Source of the DNA: Candidatus Latescibacterota bacterium | Lineage (GTDB): Bacteria; Latescibacterota; UBA2968; UBA8231 | NCBI GenBank assembly: GCA_965248355.1 | Contig: OZ252098.1 | Span: forward strand, 256,001 to 320,000 | DNA length: 64,000 bases | Direction: 5' to 3' | Shown here: positions 8,583 through 18,517 of the stretch, piece by piece | Layout: the number at the start of each line of letters is the position of its first letter | How positions within the stretch are numbered: position 1 is the first letter of the stretch | The notes under the pieces: generated by a model | The model's database searches: none | What the model saw: only the letters and a program-made list of their open reading frames with translations | Told to the model about the DNA's origin: nothing | Made by a program: the position numbers and the translations under genes

Positions 8583-10508
8583 ATGGATCCCTCCGCCTCT
8601 ACCCTGCTGGCTCTCAGTCTGGCCGCCCTCGTAGGGGGCCCCCTGCTCTACGGGGCCGCCCGGCTCTCGGGCCGCATGATGGCCGCCCTCGACGGGTTCG
8701 TGCTCGTCGCCATGGGCGGCCTCGTCCTCCTGCAACTGCTGCCGGCCAGCGCGGCCCTGGCGGGCTGGGTGCCGGCGGCGGCCGCCGTCGCCGCGGGTCT
8801 GTGGCTGCCCGCGCTCATCGGGCGGTATCTGCCGTCCCTGGAGCGCCCCGTCCGCGTCATCGCCCTCCTTCTCGGGCTCGCCGCCATGGCCGCGCACGCC
8901 TGCACCGACGGCCTGGCCCTGTCCGGGCGGACCCCCGGGACCTCTCTCACGCCGCCCATGGCCGTCCTCCTCCGTCTGCCCGTGGGCCTGGCGGTCTGGT
9001 TCCTCCTGCGGCCGCTCTACGGCCTGGCGCCGGCCCTGGCCGCCCTGGGGGCGTTGGCGGCGTCTACGGCGGGCGGCTTCCTGGGCTTTGTCCCGGGCGA
9101 GGCGGCCATGGACAGCCGCCCCTGGGGACTCTTCCAGGCCGTCTCCGCCGGCGCCCTGCTGCACCTCGTCCTGCGTCGCTCCTACCCGGTGGCGTCCGGC
9201 GTCGAAGGCCCGGCCGCCCGGCGCTGGCAGTCGGGCCTGGGAGCGGTGGCCGCGCTGCTGCTGCTGTGGGCGCTCCCCGTCGGACAGGGAGGGGCCGGGG
9301 CGCTGGCCGGCATGGCCGGCGTGTTCTACAACCTGGCCCGGGAGTCGGCGCCCGCCCTGCTCATCGCCTACGTCGGCGCCGGCCTCGTGTTCGCCCTCCT
9401 GCCCCAGGGCACGGTGGACTGGATGGGGCGAGGCTCACGGCTCTCCCAGGCGGCGCGGGGCATGGCGTTCGGTCTGCCCCTGCCCGTCTGCTCCTGCGGC
9501 GTCGTGCCCCTGTACCGGTCGATCGTGGTCGCCGGGGTCCCGCCCACGGCGGCCATGGCCTTCCTCATCGCCACGCCGGAGCTCAGCCTCGACGCCATCC
9601 TCATCTCCCTGCCCCTGCTGGGAGGGGAGTTCACGGTCGCCCGGGTGGCGGCGGCCGCCGCCGTCGCCCTCGGCACGGGGTGGTTCGTGGGCCGCTTCGC
9701 CTCGCGGCTCCTGCCCCAGGGCCAGGCGGCCGCCACCGAGGGGGGCCGGCCGCCGGTGATCTCGCGCCTGCGCACGGGACTCTCCCAGGGCCTGGGCGAG
9801 GTGGTGGACTCCACGGCGCCCTGGATCCTCGTGGGGCTGGCCCTCGCCGCCTTGGCCCACGACCTGATGGGTTCCCGGTGGTCGGAGCTGGTGCCGCCCG
9901 GGTTCGAGGTGGAGATCATGGCCCTGGTGGGCATGCCGGTCTACGTCTGCGCCGCCGGGGCCACGCCCCTGGTGGCGGTCCTGGTCCTCAACGGCGTCTC
10001 CCCGGGGGCGGCCCTGGCCTTCCTGATCACCGGACCGGCGACCAACGTCACCACCCTGGGCGTGCTCACGCAGCTCCACGGGCGCCGGATCGCCCTGCTC
10101 TTCGCCGCCTCGGTGGTGGTCATCACCGTCCTCCTCGGCCGCGCCGTCAACGGCCTGACGGAGGTCGCCGGCGTCGTGCCCGACCTCGAGCACGCCGGTC
10201 ACGGGGCCGGGTGGCGGGACCTGTGCCTGGCCGCGCTCGGGGCGCTGATTCTGGCCTCCCTGGTCCGCCGGGGTCCGCGCGCCTTCGTGGGCCAGATCCT
10301 CGAAGCCGGGGAGGCAGAGCCGGCCGCGGACCGCCCGGATTCCTGCTGCGAGTCGGAGGCCGAGCCCGACTGCTGCGGGGGGTCGTCCGAGCCGGAGCCC
10401 GACTGCTGCGCAGGTTCGTCGGCGCCCGAGCCCGAGGCCGAGTCCGACTGCTGCGGCACCTCCACGGCTTTACCCGAGACAGGGGACCGCGCGAGAACCA
10501 CTTCCTGA
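8583..10508 (+). CDS. Metal-transport permease: ZIP-like N-terminal domain plus DUF318/ArsP-type permease plus Cys-rich tail
   Basis: HACTDGLAL (ZIP TM4-like); PLPVCSCGVVP, FLIATPE, PVYVCAAGATP and FLITGPATN (DUF318 permease motifs); C-terminal repeats with CC pairs. Confidence 0.8.
   Translation: MDPSASTLLALSLAALVGGPLLYGAARLSGRMMAALDGFVLVAMGGLVLLQLLPASAALAGWVPAAAAVAAGLWLPALIGRYLPSLERPVRVIALLLGLAAMAAHACTDGLALSGRTPGTSLTPPMAVLLRLPVGLAVWFLLRPLYGLAPALAALGALAASTAGGFLGFVPGEAAMDSRPWGLFQAVSAGALLHLVLRRSYPVASGVEGPAARRWQSGLGAVAALLLLWALPVGQGGAGALAGMAGVFYNLARESAPALLIAYVGAGLVFALLPQGTVDWMGRGSRLSQAARGMAFGLPLPVCSCGVVPLYRSIVVAGVPPTAAMAFLIATPELSLDAILISLPLLGGEFTVARVAAAAAVALGTGWFVGRFASRLLPQGQAAATEGGRPPVISRLRTGLSQGLGEVVDSTAPWILVGLALAALAHDLMGSRWSELVPPGFEVEIMALVGMPVYVCAAGATPLVAVLVLNGVSPGAALAFLITGPATNVTTLGVLTQLHGRRIALLFAASVVVITVLLGRAVNGLTEVAGVVPDLEHAGHGAGWRDLCLAALGALILASLVRRGPRAFVGQILEAGEAEPAADRPDSCCESEAEPDCCGGSSEPEPDCCAGSSAPEPEAESDCCGTSTALPETGDRARTTS
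10338..10460 (+). repeat. Coding imperfect tandem repeat (EPDCC units)
   Basis: gagcccgactgctgcg at 10362 and 10395, gagtccgactgctgcg at 10440, gattcctgctgcg at 10338. Confidence 0.85.
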
Positions 10509-12442
10509 TGGACCACAGCGGCCGCATCCTCTCCCGCGAACGCCGGCCCGACCCCTACTCGTTCCAGTCCCTGATTCCCGCCTCCGACCAGCAGCGCTTC
10601 AACGATGGCTCCCACCACCGGATCCACGACCTCCTCGGCGCCCATCCCCGGACGGTGGAGGGCCGCGACGGCGTGCACTTCGCCGTGTGGGCGCCGGCGG
10701 CTGCGCGGGTCAGCGTGGTGGGCGACTTCAACCACTGGGACGGCCTCTGCCACCCCATGCGCCGGCTGGGGTCCAGCGGCCTCTGGGAGCTCTTCGTTCC
10801 CGGCCTGGGCGCCGGGGCCCTCTACAAGTACGAGATCCTGAGCCCCGAGGGGCGACTGCTGGAGAAGGCCGATCCGGTGGCCTTCGCCTCCGAGGTGCCG
10901 CCGCGCACGGCCTCGGTGGTGACCGCCGGGCCCAACTTCGAGTGGACCGACGACGACTGGATGGAGCGGCGCGAAGGCCGCCGGTGGGCGCGGGAGCCCC
11001 TTTCCATCTACGAGGTCCATCCCGGCTCGTGGAGGCGCGGCTCGGGGGGAGAGACCCTGGGCTGGCGCCGGCTCGCCCCCGAGCTGGCGGAGTACGCCGC
11101 CGGCCTGGGCTTCACCCACGTGGAGCTCATGGCCGTGGCCGAGCATCCCTTCGACGGCTCCTGGGGATACCAGGTGACCGGCTACTTCGCGCCCACGGCC
11201 CGGCTCGGGCCGCCCGCCGACTTCGCCTGGTTCGTGGACCACCTCCACAGCCGGGGGCTCGGCGTGATCCTCGACTGGGTGCCCGGCCACTTCCCGGAGG
11301 ACGCCCACGGCCTGGCGCGGTTCGACGGCACGACCCTCTACGAGAGCGCCGAGCTCGGCCTGCATCCCGACTGGGGCACCTTGACCTTCGACTTCGCGTG
11401 CCCGCAGGTGAGGGCCTTCCTGCAGTCCAACGCCCTGTTCTGGCTGGACCGCTTCCACGTGGACGGGCTGCGGGTCGACGCCGTGTCGTCCATGCTCTAC
11501 CTGGACTACTCGCGCCGCGAGGGGGAGTGGACCCCGAACCGCCACGGCGGGCGGGAGAACCTGGAGGCCATCGAGTTCCTGAGAGAGACCAACCGGCTGG
11601 TGCACGGCCATTGCCCAGGGGCGCTGACCCTGGCCGAGGAGTCCACGGCGTGGCCCGGCGTGTCCCGGCCGCAGGAGGCCGGCGGCCTCGGCTTCGGGTT
11701 CAAGTGGAACATGGGGTGGATGAACGACGTGCTGCGCCACATGGGCCGCGATCCCGGGGACCGGCGGTTCCACCTGTCGGACCTCACCTTCGCCGCCCAC
11801 TACGCCCACGCCGAGAACTTCCTCCTGCCCCTGAGCCACGACGAGGTCGTCCACGGAAAGCGGTCGCTGCTGGAGAAGATGCCGGGGGGCGAGTGGCAGC
11901 GGTTCGCCAACCTGCGGCTGCTGCTCGCCTACATGTTCGCCTTCCCCGGCAAGAAGCTGCTGTTCATGGGGGGGGAGTTCGGCCAGCGGCCGGAGTGGAG
12001 CCACCTGCAGGGCCTGGAGTGGTCGAGCCTGGAGCAGGTGCGGCACCGGGGCGTTCGGGACCTCGTGCGGGACCTCAACGGGCTCTACCGGTGCCATCCC
12101 GGTCTGTACGGCACCGACTGCGACGAGGACGGGTTCGAGTGGATCGACGCCGGCGGCACGGAGAGCGCGGCCCTCGCCTTCGAGCGGCGCTCGGGGGAGG
12201 AGGACCTCCTGGTGGCGGCCTGCAACTTCACCCCGGAGCCGCGGCACGGCTACCGCCTGGGCCTGCCCCGTCCCGGGCGCTGGCGGGAGCGCCTCAACAC
12301 CGACGCCGTGGACTACGGCGGCTCCGGAGCCGGCAACTGCGGCGTGGTGGAGGCCGGGGAGGAGCCCTGCCACGGGCGCCGCTGGTCGGCGGTCCTCACC
12401 CTTCCCCCCTTGGCCGCCCTGGTCCTGGTGCCGCCGGGCTGA
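10508..12442 (+). CDS. glgB: 1,4-alpha-glucan branching enzyme
   Basis: FAVWAP, SWGYQVTGYFAP, DGLRVDAV, AEEST, SHDEVVHGK. ATG overlaps the upstream stop (TGATG). Confidence 0.95.
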   Translation: MDHSGRILSRERRPDPYSFQSLIPASDQQRFNDGSHHRIHDLLGAHPRTVEGRDGVHFAVWAPAAARVSVVGDFNHWDGLCHPMRRLGSSGLWELFVPGLGAGALYKYEILSPEGRLLEKADPVAFASEVPPRTASVVTAGPNFEWTDDDWMERREGRRWAREPLSIYEVHPGSWRRGSGGETLGWRRLAPELAEYAAGLGFTHVELMAVAEHPFDGSWGYQVTGYFAPTARLGPPADFAWFVDHLHSRGLGVILDWVPGHFPEDAHGLARFDGTTLYESAELGLHPDWGTLTFDFACPQVRAFLQSNALFWLDRFHVDGLRVDAVSSMLYLDYSRREGEWTPNRHGGRENLEAIEFLRETNRLVHGHCPGALTLAEESTAWPGVSRPQEAGGLGFGFKWNMGWMNDVLRHMGRDPGDRRFHLSDLTFAAHYAHAENFLLPLSHDEVVHGKRSLLEKMPGGEWQRFANLRLLLAYMFAFPGKKLLFMGGEFGQRPEWSHLQGLEWSSLEQVRHRGVRDLVRDLNGLYRCHPGLYGTDCDEDGFEWIDAGGTESAALAFERRSGEEDLLVAACNFTPEPRHGYRLGLPRPGRWRERLNTDAVDYGGSGAGNCGVVEAGEEPCHGRRWSAVLTLPPLAALVLVPPG

Positions 12443-12547
12443 CCGGGGGCTTCGTATATTCCACCGGATCCCCGGGGTCCGCAGGCCCGTCCTCCTGCCA
12501 CCGGCCCCGGGCGCGGGAGACTCCGTGCGAGAAAGGTTGATCAAGCC

Positions 12548-13405
12548 ATCGTCGACTTCCTGAGCGGGGCCGCGCATCATCTGCGGTCACGGCCCCTGCC
12601 GTTGGCCGGCACCGCCGTCCTCGCCGGCCTGGTCGTGGTGGCCCTCCTGGCGCCGCTGCTGGCGCCCTTCGACCCGCTGGACCAGGACCTCTACCAGCGC
12701 CTGCGACCGCCGTCGTGGGACCATCCCATGGGCACCGACGACTTCGGCCGCGACATCCTCAGCCGCGTGATCCACGGTTCCCGCATCTCCCTGCGCATCG
12801 GCGGGATCTGCATCGGCATCTCCCTCACCCTGGGCACCGCCCTGGGCCTGGTAGCCGGGTACCGCGGCGGCCTTACCGATACCCTCGTCATGCGCCTCGT
12901 GGACATGATGCTCGCCTTCCCTTCGATCCTGCTGGCCATCGCCATCGTCGCCGTCATCGGCCCCGGGATCGACAATGTCATGATCGCCGTGAGCATCGTC
13001 CTCGTGCCCCAGTTCGCCCGGCTGGTGCGGGCCCAGGTGCTCTCCCTGCGCGAGCTCGCCTACGTCGAGGCGGCGCGCGCCCTCGGCGCCGGCCACCTGC
13101 GCATCATCGCCTTCAGCCTGCTGCCCAATTGCGGCGCGCCCCTGATCGTGCAGACCTCCCTCAGCCTGGCCACGGCCATCCTCGACGCGGCGGGCCTCAG
13201 CTTCCTCGGCCTCGGCGCCCAGCCCCCGACGCCGGAGTGGGGGGCCATGCTCAACAGCGGCCGCGAGTTGCTCCTCAAGGCGCCGTGGGTGATGACCTTC
13301 CCCGGCTTGGCGATCTTCGCCGTCGCTCTGGCCCTCAACGTCGTCGGCGACGGCCTGCGCGACGCCCTCGACCCCCGCCGGCCGACCTGGCCCGCGGCCG
13401 CCTGA
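12548..13405 (+). CDS. dppC: Dipeptide/oligopeptide ABC permease (DppC/OppC); start uncertain
   Basis: HPMGTDDFGRDILSR, EAA motif YVEAARALGA, LSFLGLGAQPPTPEWG, GDGLRDALDP. The first canonical start is TTG 12602, but DppC-like N-terminal sequence extends in frame to about ATC 12548. Confidence 0.88.
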   Translation: MVDFLSGAAHHLRSRPLPLAGTAVLAGLVVVALLAPLLAPFDPLDQDLYQRLRPPSWDHPMGTDDFGRDILSRVIHGSRISLRIGGICIGISLTLGTALGLVAGYRGGLTDTLVMRLVDMMLAFPSILLAIAIVAVIGPGIDNVMIAVSIVLVPQFARLVRAQVLSLRELAYVEAARALGAGHLRIIAFSLLPNCGAPLIVQTSLSLATAILDAAGLSFLGLGAQPPTPEWGAMLNSGRELLLKAPWVMTFPGLAIFAVALALNVVGDGLRDALDPRRPTWPAAA

Positions 13406-15210
13406 TGGTCATGCTCCTGCGCGGTGCGGCCCTGTGGGCGGCCCTGGCCCTGACCTGGTCGTGCGCCGGGACGATTCAGGGCCGGGGGCCGTTGCCGGAG
13501 CCCTCCGAGGAGGCCCGCCGGAAGGCCATGGAGTACTTCGTCAACGCCAAGGTCTTCGAGTCCCAGGGCAACCATCTGGGGGCCATCGTGGCCCTGCGCT
13601 CGGCCGCCGATCTCGACCCTACGTCGCCCACGATCCACGCCCAGCTGGCGCGCAACTACGACCGCATCCGCGACTACCACATGGCCGTCCATTTCGCCCG
13701 CAAGGCCCTGGCCCTGGACCCGGAGCTGACGGCCCTGCGCTACCAGCTCCTGCGCTGGCTGGACTCGGTGGGGACCCCGGGCGAGGTGGGGGAGCAGCTG
13801 GAGGCGCTCATCGATCGGGACCCCCACAACTGGCAGCTCTACTCGTACCTGGCGCGCACCTACATGGAGACCGGACGCGAGGATCGCGTCGACCCCCTCT
13901 TCGACCGCCTCCTCCACCAGGAAGGCACGCCCGTCGACGTGCGTGTCAACGTGGCCTACGTGCTCTCCCGCAGCGGCCGCCGCGAGCGGTCGGAGGCCGT
14001 CTTCCGCCAGGTCCTGGCCGAGGACCCCACCGTGGAGGACGCCTGGCTGGGGCTCGGCGAGCTGCAGTTTGCGCGCGGCGCGCGGCCGGCGGCGCTGGCC
14101 TCCTTCCAGGCCGGAGCGCGCTTCGTCCCCGACAGCTCGGCCCTCATGTACGAGTTCGCCCGCCTGCTGGAGACGGTGGAGCAGCTGACGCCGATCCTCG
14201 ACACCGAGCAGGCGGCCTACCTCTATCGCCTGGGCATCGCCCTGTCGGAGATGGAGAAGTACCCGCTGGCCGCCGTGGTTTTCGAGCGAATCGTCGGCCG
14301 CAGGCCCGGTCACGTGGACGGCTGGCTCGGGACGGCCCACTACTACCTGCAGGTGGGCCGTCCCGAGCGCGCCGAGGAGATCCTGGAGGAAGCGGTGCGG
14401 GCCATGCCCGACAGCCTCGATCTCTACCTGTTCTGGGGTGCGGCCCTCGAGGCGGCGGAACGGCCCGAGGAGGCCCTGGCCGTGTACGAGAGGGCGGCCC
14501 TGCGGCGGCCCGACTCGGTCGATCTCTACCTCGCCTGGGGCCGGAACCTCGAGCAGCGCCGCCTCTGGCCCGAGGCGATCGAACGCTACCGCGAGGCCGT
14601 GGAGGCCGACTCGACCGAGGTCGAGGCCTACCTGCATTGGGGGGGAGCCTTGCAGGGGCTCGGCCGGTGGGAGGAGGCCATCGAGCGCCTGACCCGGGCC
14701 GTGGACCTGGAGGCGGAAGGGACCTACGCCCTGATGTACCTCGGCAGCGCCCTGGAGGAGGCCTCCCGGGAATCCCCGGGGGCCGGGTACTTCGAGCGCG
14801 CCGTCGACTGCTTCCGGCAGCTCATCGCCTTGCGGCCGGACGACGCCTATGCCCTCAACTATCTGGGCTACAGCTTCGCCGAGCGCGGCGTCCATCTCGA
14901 GGAGGCGGTGGAACTGCTCACCCGCGCCGTGGCCATCGAGCCCGACAACGGAGCCTTCTTCGACAGTCTCGGGTGGGCCTACTACCGGCTCGGGGAGCTG
15001 GAGGAGGCGGAACGCTGCCTGGCCAGGGCCCTGCAGGAGATGGAGGACCACGAGTCCGAGGAGCAGGCCGTGATCCTCGACCACGCCGGGGACATCGCCG
15101 ACGCCCTCGGCAAGCGCGACGAAGCCGTGCACCACTGGCAGCGCGCCCTGGATCTGACGCCGGAAAACGAGGAGGTCCGGGAAAAGCTGGAGGCCCGGCC
15201 GTCGCCGTGA
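13405..15210 (+). CDS. TPR-repeat lipoprotein
   Basis: Signal peptide with Cys (ALALTWSC), many TPRs, C-terminal ALNYLGYSFAE...DSLGWAYY...DHAGD. ATG overlaps the dppC stop. Confidence 0.85.
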   Translation: MVMLLRGAALWAALALTWSCAGTIQGRGPLPEPSEEARRKAMEYFVNAKVFESQGNHLGAIVALRSAADLDPTSPTIHAQLARNYDRIRDYHMAVHFARKALALDPELTALRYQLLRWLDSVGTPGEVGEQLEALIDRDPHNWQLYSYLARTYMETGREDRVDPLFDRLLHQEGTPVDVRVNVAYVLSRSGRRERSEAVFRQVLAEDPTVEDAWLGLGELQFARGARPAALASFQAGARFVPDSSALMYEFARLLETVEQLTPILDTEQAAYLYRLGIALSEMEKYPLAAVVFERIVGRRPGHVDGWLGTAHYYLQVGRPERAEEILEEAVRAMPDSLDLYLFWGAALEAAERPEEALAVYERAALRRPDSVDLYLAWGRNLEQRRLWPEAIERYREAVEADSTEVEAYLHWGGALQGLGRWEEAIERLTRAVDLEAEGTYALMYLGSALEEASRESPGAGYFERAVDCFRQLIALRPDDAYALNYLGYSFAERGVHLEEAVELLTRAVAIEPDNGAFFDSLGWAYYRLGELEEAERCLARALQEMEDHESEEQAVILDHAGDIADALGKRDEAVHHWQRALDLTPENEEVREKLEARPSP

Positions 15211-15968
15211 ACTGGCGATCGGCCGCGGCGGCGGCCCTGCTCGCCGCGGCCGTCATCAACGCCTGCGGCCCCCCTCCCCCGGTGACGCGCGAGGGCTGGC
15301 CGGGCGGCGCCGCCGGCGAGGTGGCCGCCCTCCTGCGAGCGGACTTCGCCGCCGTGCAGGCCCTCACCGACCTGACCGCCGAGGCCCGGCTCACCATCAC
15401 CCACGAGCAGGGCCGCCACTCCCTCGGCACCTCCATCCTCTTCCGGCCCCCGGACCTGCTGCGCCTCGACGTGCAGGGCCCGCTCTTCCATCACGTGCTC
15501 TCCGCCGTGGTCGAGGCCGACACCCTGCTGGCCGTGATCGAGGGCCGCCGCATGGCCCTTCATGCCGACGACGGTCTCGACTATTTCCTCGACATCGACC
15601 TGGGCGGGTACGATCCCCGCTGGGCCCTGCTCGGGGTGGTCCTGCCCGGAGACCCCGACACCGCGCTGGTCCGCTATCCGGGCGCCGGTCGGGCGGTGGT
15701 CCCCCTCGAGACCCCGGACCTGCCGCCGCGCCGCCTGACCCTGGACCTGCACCGCGGGTTCGTGGTGGGCGAGGAGATCCTCGACGATTCCGGGCAGGTG
15801 CGGTGGTCGCGCCGCCTGCAGCGCTTCCGGCGTCTGCCCGGCACCGACCTCTACCTGCCCCGATCGGTGCGCATCGAGAACCGCGGACGCACCCTGGAGC
15901 TGGAGTACGGAAAGGTGAGGACCGGCCGCGGCCTGGAGCGGGCCGCGTTCTTCACCGGCCTGCGCTAG
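15207..15968 (+). CDS. Lipoprotein of the LolB/DUF4292-like fold
   Basis: Lipobox-like VINAC, RPPDLLRLDV, C-terminal YLPRSVRI..LELEY. GTGA overlap with the TPR gene, a common TPR + LolB-like gene order. Confidence 0.6.
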   Translation: MNWRSAAAAALLAAAVINACGPPPPVTREGWPGGAAGEVAALLRADFAAVQALTDLTAEARLTITHEQGRHSLGTSILFRPPDLLRLDVQGPLFHHVLSAVVEADTLLAVIEGRRMALHADDGLDYFLDIDLGGYDPRWALLGVVLPGDPDTALVRYPGAGRAVVPLETPDLPPRRLTLDLHRGFVVGEEILDDSGQVRWSRRLQRFRRLPGTDLYLPRSVRIENRGRTLELEYGKVRTGRGLERAAFFTGLR

Positions 15969-16938
15969 CCGCTTCAGGCAGGAAGCGCAGCGTGAAGGCG
16001 GCCTGGACATCCACGGCCCCCGCCTCGATCAGCCTCGCATCGCTCATCTGCTCATGCAGCTCCCGCCAGCGGTTCGGGGTCATGGAGCCAATGCCCTTCT
16101 CGCGGGCCACCGGGTCGATGACCAGGGGCGCCGAGGCCTCGGCCCCGTAAGCGAGGATCTTCAGGCTCATCTCGGGGTTGAGGGCGTGGATGCGGCGGTT
16201 GGTGGCCTCCGGATCGGCGAGGTACCTCTCCCAGCCCTCGACGCTGGCGCGGACGACGGCGGCCACCAGCGGCGGATGCGCCGCGATCGTCTGCTCGCTG
16301 GCGACGAGGACACTGGCATAGGGATTGAAGCCGATGTCGGCCACGAGCAGGGCCCTGGGATCGGCGCCGCGGGACCGGGCCACGTAGGGCTCGCTGAAGA
16401 CGTAGCCCTGCTGGGCGAAGTCCTGGTCCATGAGGAACCGGGTCACGTTGCCGGGGTAGGGGACGATCCTGACATCCTTGAGGGGGTACTTCCACCGCAG
16501 GTAGTGGGAGAAGGCCGGGCGCTGCGACATGGCGAGGGTCATGCCTTCGATCTGCGAGATGTCGTCGATGCCGGAGCTGCGGTGGACCATGATGCAGCGC
16601 GGGTTGATCTGGTAGGGAGCCATGAGGGCCACCACGGGGGCCTGGCGGGCGCGGGCGTAGAGGACGTCGTCGGCATTGGTCACGCCGAACTCCACCTCGC
16701 CCGTGGCGACGCGCTGGATGACGGGAGCGTCGGGGCCGCCGCCGAGGATGTCGACCGCGACGCCGTGGGCCTCGTAGCGGCCGTGGACCTGGGCGGCGTA
16801 GAACCCGCCGTGCTCGGCTTCGGGGAACCAGTTGAGGGCGAGCTGGACCTGGGGCAGGGCGCCGGGGACCGGCTCTTCTTCCCTGGAGGCGCAGCCGGCG
16901 AGGAGGCCGGCCAGGAGCGCGTGCGCGAGAAGGGTCAT
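15952..16938 (-). CDS. ABC substrate-binding lipoprotein, NMT1/THI5-like
   Basis: Lipobox LLAGC, LNWFPEAEHGGFYAA, GYVFSEP, GFNPY. Start ATG 16938. Confidence 0.88.
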   Translation of the reverse strand: MTLLAHALLAGLLAGCASREEEPVPGALPQVQLALNWFPEAEHGGFYAAQVHGRYEAHGVAVDILGGGPDAPVIQRVATGEVEFGVTNADDVLYARARQAPVVALMAPYQINPRCIMVHRSSGIDDISQIEGMTLAMSQRPAFSHYLRWKYPLKDVRIVPYPGNVTRFLMDQDFAQQGYVFSEPYVARSRGADPRALLVADIGFNPYASVLVASEQTIAAHPPLVAAVVRASVEGWERYLADPEATNRRIHALNPEMSLKILAYGAEASAPLVIDPVAREKGIGSMTPNRWRELHEQMSDARLIEAGAVDVQAAFTLRFLPEAASAGR

Positions 16939-16955
16939 GAAGTCCTCCGGCCCCC

Positions 16956-17738
16956 TCAGGGCGGTGTTCCCGTCCAGCGCCTGAGCAGGACGTTGCTCAG
17001 GGCGCCCACGGCGGTGAAGATCGACAGCCCCAGCAACGTGCAGAACAGGATGCAGGCGAAGAGGTAGTCGGTACGGGCCTGCCCGTTGGTGAGGATGATC
17101 AGGTAGCCCAGGCCGAAGTGGCGGGTCCCGTAGCCGGCGAAGAACTCGCCCACGATGGCGCCGATGACGGACAGCCCGCTGGAGATCCGGGCGCCGGTGA
17201 GCATCTGCGGCACGGCCCCCGGGACGCGGAGCTTGAAGAGGACCTGCCAGCGGCTGGCGTCGTTGAGGACGAAGAGGTCGAGGAGGTGGGGATCGACGCG
17301 GGTCAGGCCGGCGGTGGTGTTGGCGATGACCGGGAAGAGGGAGAGGATGAAGGCCACGGCCACCACCCCCTGCAGGCCGTAGCCGATCCAGAGGACGATG
17401 AGGGGCGCGATGGCCACGATGGGCACCGTCTGCAGGAAGATCGCATAGGGGTAGAGGCTGCGCTCGATGAGGCGCGATTGCGAGAACAGCAGCGACACCA
17501 GGAAACCGAAGGCGAGGCTGAGGCAGAGGCCGAGGACCGCGCCCAGGGCGGTGAGCAGGGTGGCGGAGAGCAGGCGCGGCAGGTTTTCCGCCGCCGCCCG
17601 GGCCACGAGCAGGGGGCCGGGCAGCAGGAAGGGCTTGATGTCGAAGAGGGTCACGGCTCCCTGCCAGGCGCACAGGACCACGAGGAAGAAGAGCAGGGGA
17701 GGCATGGCGCCGGCCGCGAGGGCGCGCAGGCGCTGCAT
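16956..17738 (-). CDS. ABC permease, TauC/SsuC type
   Basis: LQTVPIVAIAPLIVLWIG, IGAIVGEFF, GLGYLI. Start ATG 17738 overlaps the ATPase stop. Confidence 0.9.
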   Translation of the reverse strand: MQRLRALAAGAMPPLLFFLVVLCAWQGAVTLFDIKPFLLPGPLLVARAAAENLPRLLSATLLTALGAVLGLCLSLAFGFLVSLLFSQSRLIERSLYPYAIFLQTVPIVAIAPLIVLWIGYGLQGVVAVAFILSLFPVIANTTAGLTRVDPHLLDLFVLNDASRWQVLFKLRVPGAVPQMLTGARISSGLSVIGAIVGEFFAGYGTRHFGLGYLIILTNGQARTDYLFACILFCTLLGLSIFTAVGALSNVLLRRWTGTPP

Positions 17739-18517
17739 CAGGCGCCCGCCTCGGCCAGCCGGCCCGAGATCTCCCCTGCCATGCGGATGAACTCGGGCGT
17801 CGTGCGCAGGGCGGGATCGCGCGGGTAGGGGAAGGGAACGTCCATGTCGGCCAGGATGCGGCCCGGCCGGGCGCTCATGACCAGGACCTGCTGGCCTAGA
17901 AAAAGGGCTTCGTGGACGTTGTGGGTGACGAAGAGGCCCGTCCAGCGGTCCTCCAGCCAAAGGCGCAGCAGCTCTTCGTTGAGGCGCTGGCGCGTGATCT
18001 CGTCGAGGGCGGCGAAGGGCTCGTCGAGGAGCAGGAGCCGGGGGCGGGTGGCGAGAGCCCGGGCGATGGAGGCCCGCATCCGCATGCCGCCGGAAAGCTG
18101 GGCCGGGAAGGCGTCCGCGAATTCGGTGAGGCCCACCAGCTCGAGGAGCTTCCGGACCCGGGCCGGGTCGGGCGTCCGGCGCAGTTCCAGGGGCAGTCCG
18201 ACGTTGCGGGCCACCGAGCGCCAGGGCAGGAGGGTTGGATCCTGGAAGACGAAGCCCAGGTCCGGCTGGCCGCCGAGCGCCCGGCGCGGGGCCTCGCCGT
18301 TGACGGTGAGCCCGCCGGCCGTGGGTTCGTCGAGGCCGGCCACCAGCCGCAGGAGGGTGGACTTGCCGCAGCCCGAGGGCCCGACGATGGAGGCGAAGCG
18401 CCCGCGCCCTATGTCCAGATCGACGCCGCGCAGCGCCTCGACGCCGGAGGAGAAGCGCTTGTCCAGTCCGCGGGCGGCGATCCGTCCCTCCTCCTCCTGG
18501 ACCCCGGCCGTCTTCAA
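17738..18517 (-). CDS. ABC ATP-binding protein, TauB/SsuB type
   Basis: GPSGCGKST, LSGGMRMR, LLLLDEPF, FVTHN. Confidence 0.92.
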   Translation of the reverse strand: MKTAGVQEEEGRIAARGLDKRFSSGVEALRGVDLDIGRGRFASIVGPSGCGKSTLLRLVAGLDEPTAGGLTVNGEAPRRALGGQPDLGFVFQDPTLLPWRSVARNVGLPLELRRTPDPARVRKLLELVGLTEFADAFPAQLSGGMRMRASIARALATRPRLLLLDEPFAALDEITRQRLNEELLRLWLEDRWTGLFVTHNVHEALFLGQQVLVMSARPGRILADMDVPFPYPRDPALRTTPEFIRMAGEISGRLAEAGA

